A stretch of DNA of 64,000 nt, from the IMG/VR virus record IMGVR_UViG_3300025141_013938, one strand, 5' to 3'. A program made the position numbers and the translations under genes. Below, piece by piece: positions 29,523 to 40,378 of this stretch. Numbering within the stretch: the stretch's first letter is position 1; each line of letters starts with the position of its first letter. Below the pieces are notes generated by a model. That model saw nothing but the letters and a program-made list of their open reading frames with translations. It made no database searches and was not told the origin of the DNA. This DNA is from an uncultured virus (IMG/VR IMGVR_UViG_3300025141_013938). Its lineage: Duplodnaviria; Heunggongvirae; Uroviricota; Caudoviricetes.

Positions 29523-30239
29523 ATGATAATAAGCCACAGTAGAAAATTTATATTTTTCAAGCCGTTAAAGACAGCTGGGACAAGCGTAGAGGTTCTCTTA
29601 AGGGACATGTGTGGTCCAACTGATATAATCACACCAGTAGCACCAGATGAAGTAAAGAAAGGCTTCAATAGCCAGAATAACATTAATGAGGATGGAATAT
29701 TTAAGTTTCACTCTCACACTTGGCCCGACTTGCTTTTTGAAAAAACTGAGAGTACTTGGAATGATTATCACAAGATATCTATGGTGAGAAATCCTTGGGA
29801 CATGTGTGTATCTTATTACTGGTGGACAATGTCTAGAAATAAGAATTCTCAGCTAATAATAAAGGATAGTGACATAGATAGCCTAATAGAAGAAAAATTT
29901 AGATTATTTTTAGAAACCAAGTGCTTCTATGATGAGCACATTCTTAAAAACGTAGATAATTTTTATAAGAGTCCAGTATCGTGGCTATCAGACATATCTC
30001 TGAATTTTATGAGTGAAGAGATAGACACGTATATCAGATTTGAATCTTTGCAAAGTGATTTTAATAATGTGGTGTGTGACCTAGGTGGGAGACCTGTAGA
30101 GCTACCTAGGTTCAAGTCTAATAAAAGAAATCTGAGCTATCACTACTCTAAGTATTATTGCGAACATACAGCTGATTTAGTAAAAAATTATTTTTCTGAG
30201 TATTCAGATAGTCTAGGATATAGCTTTTTAGAGATATAG
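29523..30239 (+). CDS. Sulfotransferase family protein (Sulfotransfer_2-like)
   Basis: KFIFFKPLKTAGTSV (5'-PSB loop), VRNPWD..VSYY (3'-PB motif), IRFESLQSDF. Confidence 0.82.
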   Translation: MIISHSRKFIFFKPLKTAGTSVEVLLRDMCGPTDIITPVAPDEVKKGFNSQNNINEDGIFKFHSHTWPDLLFEKTESTWNDYHKISMVRNPWDMCVSYYWWTMSRNKNSQLIIKDSDIDSLIEEKFRLFLETKCFYDEHILKNVDNFYKSPVSWLSDISLNFMSEEIDTYIRFESLQSDFNNVVCDLGGRPVELPRFKSNKRNLSYHYSKYYCEHTADLVKNYFSEYSDSLGYSFLEI

Positions 30240-30335
30240 AGATCAGCTAGCTAGAAAGATAGTGAATTACAATTTAAAAACTTTAGAGTCTTGAAATAGT
30301 TATCAATAGGGGCTCATAAGCCTTGAGGTATAGCT

Positions 30336-31517
30336 GTGGCAATTTTTTCTAATACTACTAATCCGACACCGTTTGGATTATTTGATAGTGACACAGAGTT
30401 TCAGTCAGAGGCAGATAAGCTCGTCGTATTTGTTAAGCGGAAGTTAGGTGATGATGTACTCAGTGTTGAGCTAACAAAGAAGCAGATATGGGCAAATTTT
30501 GAGGAATCAACACTAGAATTTAGCTCGATATTGAATCAGTATCAGGCGAAGTCACAGCTTGTTCAATTTCTTGGAATGCCGATAACAGGTTCAACAGGTG
30601 CCATGTCAGGGTCTGAGGGAAAATATCCTAGAGAAAATCTTGACTTTTTAGCACGTTTCGCAGAGCCGTATTCAGCAGAAGCAGGTGTCGGTGGCTCATA
30701 TGACATGGTATCAGGATCTATTCAGCTTACCAGAGGAACACAAGACTATAATATCTACAAGGAGCTCAAGGACACAGCTGGAAACTTAATATTTTCTTCA
30801 AGTATGAATAGTCTCAGAACTAAATTGAGAATCAGTGAGGTATTCCACTTCAGCCCACAGGCGGCATATAGATTTTTTGATACAACATCAGCAATTAACT
30901 ATTTAAATAATGAATTCAGCTTTGAATCATTCACACCAGAGACAATATTTTATGTCCTTCCTGTTTTTGAGGATATTCTTAGAGCAGGGATGCTAGATAT
31001 CTCTAATAGGGTCAGAAGATCAAACTACTCATATAAGATCATAGGAACAGATATAAGGATATTTCCTAAGCCAACAGCACAGTCTCCAAAGAAACTGTGG
31101 CTAAGGATAAAATTCTTTTCTGATCCTCTTAATCCAGCATATCAGGACGACACGATACAGGGAGTTTCTAACTTATCTGACATACCGTTTGGAGATCTAA
31201 AATATTCTAATATTAATAGTATAGGAAAGCAGTGGATAAGACAATATACACTCGGTCTCAGTAAAGAGCTACTGGGTCTCATAAGATCAAAGTTTAGCTC
31301 AGTTCCTATTCCTGGATCTGACTTGCAGATGAACGGAGATGCTCTCGTAACACAGGGAAGAGAGGATCAGTCTAATCTAAAGACACAGCTGAAAGAGATG
31401 CTAGAGACAATGACATATGATAAGCTAGCAGAGACACAAGCATCTAGGTCTGAGTTTATAAACAAACAATTGAAGTATGTGCCAATGCCAAACGGCTGGT
31501 CAATCTTCATGGGATAG
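30336..31517 (+). CDS. Neck/head-completion protein (gp13-like)
   Basis: VKRKLGDDVLSVELT, QWIRQYTLGLSKELLGLIRSKF...PG...MNGDAL. Confidence 0.78.
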   Translation: MAIFSNTTNPTPFGLFDSDTEFQSEADKLVVFVKRKLGDDVLSVELTKKQIWANFEESTLEFSSILNQYQAKSQLVQFLGMPITGSTGAMSGSEGKYPRENLDFLARFAEPYSAEAGVGGSYDMVSGSIQLTRGTQDYNIYKELKDTAGNLIFSSSMNSLRTKLRISEVFHFSPQAAYRFFDTTSAINYLNNEFSFESFTPETIFYVLPVFEDILRAGMLDISNRVRRSNYSYKIIGTDIRIFPKPTAQSPKKLWLRIKFFSDPLNPAYQDDTIQGVSNLSDIPFGDLKYSNINSIGKQWIRQYTLGLSKELLGLIRSKFSSVPIPGSDLQMNGDALVTQGREDQSNLKTQLKEMLETMTYDKLAETQASRSEFINKQLKYVPMPNGWSIFMG

Positions 31518-31520
31518 AAA

Positions 31521-32204
31521 ATGTCTAGACTGTTTATAACACCAAGAGAGATAAATTTTATAAATGATATCGCTAAGGAAGTGATAAAAGATGTCGTAGG
31601 GCAAAAAATTTATTATTTTCCAATATCTGTGGATAAGACAAGAGTGCATGATGTGTATGAGGAGGCATCAGAAAAGGTTTTTGAGAATCCAATAGAGATA
31701 GGAGCGCTAGTTAAATATCAGCCTCAAGATATCAGAGCAAATATTTTTGGAAGTGAGGAATACTATACAATAGAGGCCTACCTTCAGGAGAGAGATCTGC
31801 TAGACAAGGGAATAACAGTTCTTGAAGGAGATTTTTTTAGCTATGGGCAGGTTTTTTTTGAGGTGATAACAGCTCCAGACTCAACTACCATATATGGAGA
31901 AGTAGAGCATAAGGGATTTATCACATTAACTGGTAAGCAGGCAAGAAAGGGACAATTCCTTGCAAAGGTATTTGGTCCAACTGATGAGAGATACTCAGAC
32001 CCAAATGCTGTTGAAAATACATTTGTACAACAGAGAGGATTTGCTGAAAACATACAGGGTCCCACAGGCGATGTTCGCTCACTACAGGCAAATGGTGTGC
32101 TAACTAAGCCAATAATTTCTCAACCTGCACAGGTTTCCCTTAAGGGAGATCCCCAGCGTGTAGGTTCGGCATTTTATGGAGACTTTGGGGGAGAGAAAAA
32201 TTGA
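31521..32204 (+). CDS. Neck protein (gp14-like)
   Basis: VVGQKIYYF...DVYEEA...EGDFF; follows the gp13-like gene. Confidence 0.65.
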   Translation: MSRLFITPREINFINDIAKEVIKDVVGQKIYYFPISVDKTRVHDVYEEASEKVFENPIEIGALVKYQPQDIRANIFGSEEYYTIEAYLQERDLLDKGITVLEGDFFSYGQVFFEVITAPDSTTIYGEVEHKGFITLTGKQARKGQFLAKVFGPTDERYSDPNAVENTFVQQRGFAENIQGPTGDVRSLQANGVLTKPIISQPAQVSLKGDPQRVGSAFYGDFGGEKN

Positions 32205-33409
32205 CAGGAAAAATAGATACGGGATATGAGGGATCTGTTCCTGATGATTTTTCTCTTCCTCCTTCAGGAATAGAGGACATTGATAGGGCATTATTTGATC
32301 TATTCGATAAAAGAATACCGTTACAGGTGACAATAGAGTCCCAGTTCACAAAAGTGCCTGTCGTGTTTTCAACCGGAGAGAGGTTTGCTCTCACTAGAAG
32401 AAAGAGGCCAATAAGAGACAGAAATAATGCGCTAATACTTCCCATCATGTCAATTCACAGGATGGGAATTGACCATAGCCCAAGCCAAGGGGGATATAAA
32501 ACTCCAATCGCATTCAGAGATCAGCAGTCATACACAATAAGAAAGAGATTAGACCCTAAGGATAGAAACTATCAAAAAATAATCAATAAATTGGGTCTTA
32601 AAAATCAGCATAATGTTGCAGACAGGGGAAATTTTTCTAAATCAGATATTTTTCCAGGAAATGTTGCAAGACCAGGTCGCCTTGCCTCAAGAAGAAACCT
32701 CAACAATTTATCACTGTTAGATGATCCAAGAGGAAATCTTCTGAGAAATGAAATAGGGAATAATATATTTGAAATAATAACAATTCCCTATCCTACGTTT
32801 ATGGCAATAGACTATGAGGTAACACTGTGGACACAGTATATGACACAGATGAACCAGCTGGTAGAGGTAATTTTCTCTCAATTCGACGGACAGGGTCATG
32901 AGTTCATGCTGACATCAAGAAATGGGTATGAGTATGTTGCATTTATCAAGTCACCATTGACCAATTCAGATAATTTTCAAGATTTCTCTCAAGACGAGAG
33001 AATCATAAAGTATACATTTAACGTAACTATTCCTGGGTATCTTTTAGCACCACAGCAACCTGGATTACCAACACCATTTAGAAAATACTACTCAGCACCA
33101 CAGATCGAATTTGGCTACTACCAGTCAAGTGAACAGGTCATTGAAGAATATTCGACACCTGGCGGTAGCAAGGAGTTGAATAAATTTATACTCAGTGATG
33201 TAAGTGAGCTAGATAGAGATGGAAGAACTCCAGGGATGAGAGGCCAGGGGAGCGAGAGGATCTTTGACGTCATTAAAGACCCATTTAGCGATAAAGAAAC
33301 TGGAAGGTATGTGAGAGTCTTGACGCGCAATCAGAGATCAGGAGAAACTGTTGCAAGTTCGAGAATTATTATAGATCTACAAACTACGCTAGATACACCA
33401 TCTGACTAG
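32201..33409 (+). CDS. Tail terminator/sheath stabiliser (gp15-like)
   Basis: KVPVVFSTGER, LILPIMSI.R, P....IDYEVTLWT.Y..QMNQLVE, ERIIKYTFNVT. Confidence 0.7.
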   Translation: MTGKIDTGYEGSVPDDFSLPPSGIEDIDRALFDLFDKRIPLQVTIESQFTKVPVVFSTGERFALTRRKRPIRDRNNALILPIMSIHRMGIDHSPSQGGYKTPIAFRDQQSYTIRKRLDPKDRNYQKIINKLGLKNQHNVADRGNFSKSDIFPGNVARPGRLASRRNLNNLSLLDDPRGNLLRNEIGNNIFEIITIPYPTFMAIDYEVTLWTQYMTQMNQLVEVIFSQFDGQGHEFMLTSRNGYEYVAFIKSPLTNSDNFQDFSQDERIIKYTFNVTIPGYLLAPQQPGLPTPFRKYYSAPQIEFGYYQSSEQVIEEYSTPGGSKELNKFILSDVSELDRDGRTPGMRGQGSERIFDVIKDPFSDKETGRYVRVLTRNQRSGETVASSRIIIDLQTTLDTPSD

Positions 33410-33469
33410 GGACTTTTGACAATTTGAGCGATAGTTATAGTTGTAGAGAATTGTACAGGAGATCTATAA

Positions 33470-36400
33470 ATGGCTGAGCAGACCTTTAAATCACCTGGGT
33501 TTTTTGAGCGTGAAATCGACCTTTCGCAGAGGGAGACAGAGATCGTAGGTATTCCTGCGGGAGTTGCTGGAACATCTCAACTAGGCCCCGCATTTGTACC
33601 GGTTACTGTTGGTTCATTTGCAGATTTTGAAAGAAGATTTGGAACACTTGACCCAAAGATGTTTGGACCCTATGCTGTCAGAGAATTTCTTAGGTATAGA
33701 ACAGCCCTAACATACGTACGTGTATTAGGAGCAGGTTCTAATGAAACAACCGCAGATATAGAAAATACTAATATAAACGGAATCGTTAAAAGTGCTGGAT
33801 TTAAAATACTCCCCACAGCACTACCTGCTGGTGCTGTTGGAGGTGCAAATGGTGTAGTTCAGTTCATAGCTGCGAAACACTACGTGTCAGCTTCAACTGA
33901 GGGCGTGGGATATCCAATCTTCTCAGATAATAACAGCTATAATGTTGCTAGTGGAGATGGATTTATTAACCTCGTTAGAGGGATGCTATTTACGCCCACA
34001 GGAACACGTTTTCAGGTCATGGATTATAGCTCATCCTATAATGAACTCAGCCCCAGATTGCACGGATCATCAAGCAATTCAGTACCAAGCTCAGAGGGAT
34101 TATTTAAGCTAATAGTCTCTTCCTCTGCAGGTGCAGGATTTTATAAAGATGATAACTCACCTGGAATTAGAGTCTTTACAGCATCTCTAAATCCAGCTTC
34201 TGATGCGTATATTGGAAATATATTAAATACTGATCCAGAAAGATTCCAAAAAGATCAGCACGTCTTATATGCTCACTTCCCAGTTGAGGACCTGGTAGCA
34301 GGAGTTGGAGCAAGCTCTGGCAGGCCAGTCGTCGCACTTGTGTCAGGAAGTAATAAGGACTCTTCAGCTTCTGCTCTATCTACGACATTCTTAAATAGAT
34401 TTGGAAGACTTGATACAAGATATAGCGCAGCAAAATCAACTAGCTTCATATCTCAACCATACGGACAAGCAGAATATGATCTTTTCCACTTTGAAACTAT
34501 ATCTGATGGCCTGGTTGTAAATGAAAGCTTTAAGGTCTCTATCTCTAATATTAGAAAGAGTACTAATCCAAGAGATCCGTATGGAACATTCTCTGTTCTA
34601 GTTAGAGCATTTAATGATACAGATACTAATCCAGCAGTTTTGGAGCAATATCCGCTCTGTACACTTAATCCTAATGATGATGACTTTGTTGCTAAAAAGA
34701 TTGGAGACTTCAAGGCATTTTATAATTTTGACGCCGAGGATGAAGATGAGAGAAAGATGATCGTAAGGGGGAAATATCCTAATAGGTCAACTAGAGTCAG
34801 AATTGTAATGAGTGAGATATTTCAAAATGGAGACGTTCCATCTAGTGCTCTGCCTTTCGGATTCAGAGGACTGCCATTACTGAAGACTTCAGATACACTA
34901 ACAGATCAATCTACCACACCTATAGTTGGAACATATGATAGCCCAGGTGGACCCACATCCAGAAGGCTTAGTAATGTGACTGGATCTGGCACCCCAAATA
35001 GAGCTGCGATGGGATTTGTGTCTGCTCTCAGTGGATCAATCCTACCGCCTGTTCCATTTAGATTTAAGGTGACACGAGGAAATATATCTACAACCCAGCC
35101 CTATGTCGGTGCCCCTGGTGACGATGAAAGGGTAGACAGTAGATATTACTGGGGCGTAAAGTATACTAGAGTAGCTAGAAGTACCGAACTTTCTAATTCG
35201 ATTCTTAATCCAAATGCGTCTGATGCGATCAATGATCTCCTCAGAAACTACTCTAAGATGTTAGGAATTGTAAAGCTAGACTCTCTTGTCACAGGAAGCG
35301 GAGCAGATGAGTTTAATAATAATAAGTTCACACTTGCAAGGGTTGCTCTCTCTAATAGGATACAGGATAATAGCAGCGGAGACCCAGATCTCTCAGTTAC
35401 AGCTAATGGATCGATAACTGGATCTGCAAAGGACCACATATTAGAAACAGCATACATTAGAAACGGAAGTCCTGACAGTGCAAATTACACAGTTGTCGAT
35501 GGCAGTAGGGCTCGTCGCCTAACATTTGCCTCACTTCTATCTCTAACTTCTTCAGTCTATTTTAATAGATTTCATGAGTATACAAAATTCACAAATATGC
35601 TATACGGCGGATTTGATGGTGTGAATATTCTTGATAGAGATATGGCACAGCTAGATGATAGATCTACTTCCACTGACACAGGTGGAAAGGCAGCATCAGG
35701 TGTACCAGCAGTGGGAACATCTATGGATATCGGTCTGAGTTCTGAAAATAATTTTGGAGCTGGTCCGCTGAACGGTATAGTTGCATCTTATAGAACAGCT
35801 GGCAAGATCTTAACAGATCCTATGGTGTCTAGGGTGAACATCCTAGCAATACCAGGGATAAGAGACGGATCACTGTCTAACTACATATTTGACTTACTTG
35901 ATGACTACGGCAAGGCGATATATCTCCTAGATATTCCAAACTACGACAGCGACGGAGTTAGGATTTTTAATCGGTCGAAAAAACCGGCAGTTTCTAAGAC
36001 AGCAGAGGGCTTTGACTCAAGAGCAGTTAATAGCAACTACTCAGCAACATATTTCCCTGATGTATCAATTCAAGATGACATCAATAATCAGCCCGTACAG
36101 GTTCCGTCATCAGTTGCTGCAATAGGTGCACTAGCATTTAATGATAGTATTTCATACCCATGGTTTGCTCCTGCAGGATTTAACAGAGGCGCTCTAGATA
36201 ATGTGGTAAATGTAGATGTGAGACTCAATCAGCGTGATAGAGATGACCTATATGAGGTAAGAATAAATCCCATAGCTACATTCCCACAGGCAGGATTCGT
36301 GATTTTTGGACAAAAGACGCTCCAGATTGCAAGAAGTGCTCTAGACAGAGTCAATGTCAGAAGAATGCTTCTCGAGGTCAAGAGAATTGTTGTTGATATT

Positions 36401-36658
36401 GCAAATAGGATAGTCTTTGAGCAGAACACGCCAGAGACTAGAGCAAGATTTGTCTCACAGGTAACTCCTCTGCTAGCAACAGTTCAGAGTCAGCAAGGAA
36501 TTGATCAGTTTAAGGTTGTGATGGACTCTAGCAATAACACTCAGGAAGATATTGAAAATAATGTTCTGAATGGAAGAATTGTTGTTGTACCCACAAGAGC
36601 AGTTGAATTTGTCGCTATTGACTTTATTATTACCAATGCTGGTGTAAGTTTTGAATAA
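33470..36658 (+). CDS. Tail sheath protein 1
   Basis: FKSPGFFEREID, GPAFVP, PWFAPAGFNRG, INPIATF, FGQKTL, LDRVNVRRMLL, FEQN, PTRAVEFVAIDF. Confidence 0.93.
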   Translation: MAEQTFKSPGFFEREIDLSQRETEIVGIPAGVAGTSQLGPAFVPVTVGSFADFERRFGTLDPKMFGPYAVREFLRYRTALTYVRVLGAGSNETTADIENTNINGIVKSAGFKILPTALPAGAVGGANGVVQFIAAKHYVSASTEGVGYPIFSDNNSYNVASGDGFINLVRGMLFTPTGTRFQVMDYSSSYNELSPRLHGSSSNSVPSSEGLFKLIVSSSAGAGFYKDDNSPGIRVFTASLNPASDAYIGNILNTDPERFQKDQHVLYAHFPVEDLVAGVGASSGRPVVALVSGSNKDSSASALSTTFLNRFGRLDTRYSAAKSTSFISQPYGQAEYDLFHFETISDGLVVNESFKVSISNIRKSTNPRDPYGTFSVLVRAFNDTDTNPAVLEQYPLCTLNPNDDDFVAKKIGDFKAFYNFDAEDEDERKMIVRGKYPNRSTRVRIVMSEIFQNGDVPSSALPFGFRGLPLLKTSDTLTDQSTTPIVGTYDSPGGPTSRRLSNVTGSGTPNRAAMGFVSALSGSILPPVPFRFKVTRGNISTTQPYVGAPGDDERVDSRYYWGVKYTRVARSTELSNSILNPNASDAINDLLRNYSKMLGIVKLDSLVTGSGADEFNNNKFTLARVALSNRIQDNSSGDPDLSVTANGSITGSAKDHILETAYIRNGSPDSANYTVVDGSRARRLTFASLLSLTSSVYFNRFHEYTKFTNMLYGGFDGVNILDRDMAQLDDRSTSTDTGGKAASGVPAVGTSMDIGLSSENNFGAGPLNGIVASYRTAGKILTDPMVSRVNILAIPGIRDGSLSNYIFDLLDDYGKAIYLLDIPNYDSDGVRIFNRSKKPAVSKTAEGFDSRAVNSNYSATYFPDVSIQDDINNQPVQVPSSVAAIGALAFNDSISYPWFAPAGFNRGALDNVVNVDVRLNQRDRDDLYEVRINPIATFPQAGFVIFGQKTLQIARSALDRVNVRRMLLEVKRIVVDIANRIVFEQNTPETRARFVSQVTPLLATVQSQQGIDQFKVVMDSSNNTQEDIENNVLNGRIVVVPTRAVEFVAIDFIITNAGVSFE

Positions 36659-36690
36659 TGGATAATTAATGATATCGGAGAATAAAATAA

Positions 36691-39600
36691 ATGGCTGACA
36701 TACTCTTTGGAAGTGCTGGAACAACAGCAACAGAAATAGACTTATCTTTTCCTACTCCAGCAGCCCCTATCGGTGTCCCGGCTGGTGTCATAGGAACTGC
36801 TGATGAGGGACCTGCGTTTGTTCCCATCACAGTTGCAAGTTACCCAAATTTTGCAGCTGTATTTGGTGACAGTGATGGTGAAAAGTTTGGACCGCTAGCC
36901 GTAGATGCATATCTCAAGTCAGCACAGTCATTGTCTTATATCAGACTGCTAGGAATTGGCAACGGTAAGCGTAGATCCACCACCACAGGAAAGGTGACAA
37001 ATGCAGGATTCGTTGCCGGAGCAGAGATCGTTCAGGATAATGGCACTGTTGCAAGAAATAAATACGGATCTTCTGATGGGAATTCGCTAGGAAGGACATA
37101 CTTCTTAGGCTGTTGGATGTCACAGTCAGCTGGAAGCACAGTCTTCAGTGAGGCGGGCCTCCAGGAAACTAAGGCAACAGCCCTTGGTAGTCCACCAGCC
37201 GTCCCTATCATCAGGGGTGTGCTATTAGCAGCTTCTGGAGTTACCCTATCTCTTTCTGGAAACTTTATCGCTCAGGGCAGTGCAGCTCCCAGTAATACGA
37301 CTGAGTATAGGTCAGGAGACGCAAATATACAGGGTGGCATGACAGGATCTGTTCACCTTTCATCACAAGAATTTGTGATGTTACTTAATGGTCACTCTAC
37401 AGCGATCGCTGGCTCAGGAAAGAATGTTATCACAGCATCTTTTGACATGAAAAAGGATGGCTATTTTGGAAATCAATTTAATACTGATCCAACAGCACTA
37501 GAGCGAACAGGTCACTTACTCTACGCAAGGTATGACATCCACCCAGCTCTCGCTGTCGTCACAGGAACAGGCGTGCTGAGTAACACAGTAGACTTCAGCA
37601 AGACAGGAAATCCCACTAAGTGGAATGAGTGTGCATTCCTGGCCAGTGGATCTGATAGTAGAAATTCCTCTTCGACGACACAGCCTAACTATGAGTCATT
37701 TGAGGATAGATTTACATCACCGTCAGCTCCATTCATGATATCACAGGACTTCGGCGGAACGAAGTATGACCTATTTAGGATTCACGCAATTGCTGACGGA
37801 GAATATTCTAATACAAGGTTTAAGGTGTCTATAGAGAATATTAAGCCACGTCGATCAGCAACTAATAAGTTTGGAACATTTGATATAGTGGTCCGAAAAT
37901 TTAGCGACAGTGACTATGAAAAGGTTATTCTAGAGTCATATCGTGGGATTAATCTTGATCCATCTAGTGACAAGTATGTGGCAAGGGCAATTGGAGATAA
38001 GAAGGTATACTTTGACTTTGATCAGTCACCAGCTGCACAGAAGATAGTCGTAGACGGAGATCACCCTGTCATGTCTAACTTCATAAGAGTTGAGATGTCA
38101 ACAGCGATGAAGGCCGGACAGGTTCCAAAGACAGCACTTCCAATAGGTCACAGAGGATATAATCACCTCGTGACATCAGGAAGTGGTCCTATCCAAACAA
38201 CAGGAACTGCACAGTTCAACACAGCAATAACTAATAATCCGATCAAGCACATAGTAGAAATGCCAATTCCTTACAGAAGAAATGTGGCTGTTGGACAAGC
38301 ACCAAATAAAAGTGCAAAGGCAATTTTTTACTGGGGTGCTAACTTGACTGTAAGTGATCATCCTATTACCGAACCAAATCAAGATGGACTCCTTGATCAG
38401 TCATTTTTCAGCTATGCGAAATACTTTCCAAACTTCGCACCGTCATCTTTAAATGTGTCTGTGGGAAATAATCCTGGAAAGGCAGACTCAGGTGGTGTGA
38501 TATTTGACTGTGATAGGTTCAATAATAATATTTTCACACTAGAGCGCCTCCAGGTGAGAACAGGATCAACAGTTGAGGGCGGTGTCAACATAGCAGACAC
38601 AAAAGAGTGGGCTAGCGCGTCTTACGTGAGAAATGGACAGATATCTGCTAATGAGACTCTCAAGACCCGTGCATTCAAGGTAGATGACCTGAAGTCATCA
38701 GGAAATAGAAGATTTGCCAAGTTCACATTCTTCCTGCAGGGTGGGTTTGACGGAAGCAATACTTTTGATAGGGACAAGGCTAGATTCCTAAATGCTGCTA
38801 TAAAGAGAGAGATGGACGACGCAACTAGCCAAGGAGGAACGTCAGGTCCAACAGTAGCCGCATATAGAAAGGCACTAGATATCATGGGAACTAAGTCAGA
38901 TGTTGATATCAAGCTACTCGCAGTCCCTGGAGCTAGACACAGCGCTGTGACAGACTATGCAATTGACACAGTAGAGAATAGATTTGACGCGATGTATGTG
39001 ATGGACATCGAGGAGCGGGATGAGGTAAACACAGTCGTGACATCCTCTGTTCAAATTCCAAGTGTTGGAAACACAGTCACGTCCTTTAAGAATAGAGGAC
39101 TAAATTCATCCTTCGCCGCCGCTTACTTCCCTGATATGGTTGTCAGAGATCCGACGACATCAACTAATGTCAAGGTCCCGCCCTCAGTCTCTGTTCTAGG
39201 GGCATTGTCACTCAATGACAGCATAGGATATCCGTGGTTCGCGCCAGCAGGGTACTCGAGAGGAGCCCTAGATGACGTGATACTATCGACACTTCCGCTA
39301 AATAAGGCTAATCTTGATGAGATCTATGATGCATCAATTAATCCGATAACTAAGTTCCCTGGAACTGGAATGATGGTCTGGGGGCAGAAGACACTGCTAG
39401 CAGAGGCATCAGCCTTAGACAGGGTAAATGTGAGACGCCTGCTTATTAATATAAGAAGGTCTGTCAGAAATATAGCAAGATTAATGCTATTTGAACCCAA
39501 TAGACAGGAGACTCTAGATAAATTTAATGCACTTGTCACACCGATCTTACAGAGCATCCAGGAAAAGAGTGGTGTGGATAGGTATAAGGTTATTATTGAT

Positions 39601-39735
39601 GCAACAACTACGACACAGGCAGATGTTGAAAATAACACTCTACGAGGTAAGATATTCATACAGCCCACTAGAACGGCTGAGTTCGTATCTCTAGACTTTG
39701 TAGTCACAAATGCAGGTAACTTCTTCGGAGCTTAG
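36691..39735 (+). CDS. Tail sheath protein 2
   Basis: GPAFVP, PWFAPAGYSRG, INPITKF, WGQKTL, LDRVNVRRLL, FEPN, PTRTAEFVSLDF. Confidence 0.93.
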   Translation: MADILFGSAGTTATEIDLSFPTPAAPIGVPAGVIGTADEGPAFVPITVASYPNFAAVFGDSDGEKFGPLAVDAYLKSAQSLSYIRLLGIGNGKRRSTTTGKVTNAGFVAGAEIVQDNGTVARNKYGSSDGNSLGRTYFLGCWMSQSAGSTVFSEAGLQETKATALGSPPAVPIIRGVLLAASGVTLSLSGNFIAQGSAAPSNTTEYRSGDANIQGGMTGSVHLSSQEFVMLLNGHSTAIAGSGKNVITASFDMKKDGYFGNQFNTDPTALERTGHLLYARYDIHPALAVVTGTGVLSNTVDFSKTGNPTKWNECAFLASGSDSRNSSSTTQPNYESFEDRFTSPSAPFMISQDFGGTKYDLFRIHAIADGEYSNTRFKVSIENIKPRRSATNKFGTFDIVVRKFSDSDYEKVILESYRGINLDPSSDKYVARAIGDKKVYFDFDQSPAAQKIVVDGDHPVMSNFIRVEMSTAMKAGQVPKTALPIGHRGYNHLVTSGSGPIQTTGTAQFNTAITNNPIKHIVEMPIPYRRNVAVGQAPNKSAKAIFYWGANLTVSDHPITEPNQDGLLDQSFFSYAKYFPNFAPSSLNVSVGNNPGKADSGGVIFDCDRFNNNIFTLERLQVRTGSTVEGGVNIADTKEWASASYVRNGQISANETLKTRAFKVDDLKSSGNRRFAKFTFFLQGGFDGSNTFDRDKARFLNAAIKREMDDATSQGGTSGPTVAAYRKALDIMGTKSDVDIKLLAVPGARHSAVTDYAIDTVENRFDAMYVMDIEERDEVNTVVTSSVQIPSVGNTVTSFKNRGLNSSFAAAYFPDMVVRDPTTSTNVKVPPSVSVLGALSLNDSIGYPWFAPAGYSRGALDDVILSTLPLNKANLDEIYDASINPITKFPGTGMMVWGQKTLLAEASALDRVNVRRLLINIRRSVRNIARLMLFEPNRQETLDKFNALVTPILQSIQEKSGVDRYKVIIDATTTTQADVENNTLRGKIFIQPTRTAEFVSLDFVVTNAGNFFGA

Positions 39736-39782
39736 AATAATCTTTGCTAGTAGTATATTTAATGATGTTAGGAGAATTTTAA

Positions 39783-40274
39783 ATGGCTGAGACACTTTCT
39801 GTAACCGACATGCTTCCAAATAAGTTTGAGCCCAAAAGACAATTTAGGTGGGTTTTTGCTATAGAGGGTGTTGATGCATTCTTAATGAAAACTGCTGCAC
39901 GACCGCAGATGGCAATTGCTGAGAAGGAGATTCCTTTCATCAATGCTAAGCGATACGTCGCAGGCAGGTTAACATTTAGCACGATGGGTATCACGCTTCA
40001 CGATCCAATAGCACCGTCTGGTGCTCAGCAGGTGATGGAGTGGGTGAGAACGCACTATGAATCTGTGTCTGGAAGAGCAGGATATGCTGACTTCTACAAG
40101 AGAGATATCCAGTGCAAGCTACTTGATCCCGTAGGAACTGTTGTTGAGCTGTGGGATATAAAGGGAGCATTTATCACAGATGCTAACTATAACTCTCTCA
40201 CATATGACAATGATGTGGAGCCTGTTGAGATCTCATTAACTCTAAGATTTGATAACGCTGTTCTTCAATTCTAG
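39783..40274 (+). CDS. Tail tube protein (gp19-like)
   Basis: FEPKRQFRW, RYVAGR, VMEWV, YKRDI..KLLDP.G.VVE.W.IKGAF, LTLRFD. Confidence 0.9.
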   Translation: MAETLSVTDMLPNKFEPKRQFRWVFAIEGVDAFLMKTAARPQMAIAEKEIPFINAKRYVAGRLTFSTMGITLHDPIAPSGAQQVMEWVRTHYESVSGRAGYADFYKRDIQCKLLDPVGTVVELWDIKGAFITDANYNSLTYDNDVEPVEISLTLRFDNAVLQF

Positions 40275-40300
40275 AGTCCGAGATAATTATCCTTATAGAG

Positions 40301-40328
40301 GGTCCCTTACGGGGGACCTTTTTATTTT
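40301..40328 (+). terminator. Rho-independent terminator after tail tube
   Basis: GGTCCCT-tacg-GGGGACC followed by TTTTTATTTT. Confidence 0.85.
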
Positions 40329-40378
40329 ACATTGAAATGATTTAGCTGAACAATTATCTAAAAGAAGATGAGGATTTA

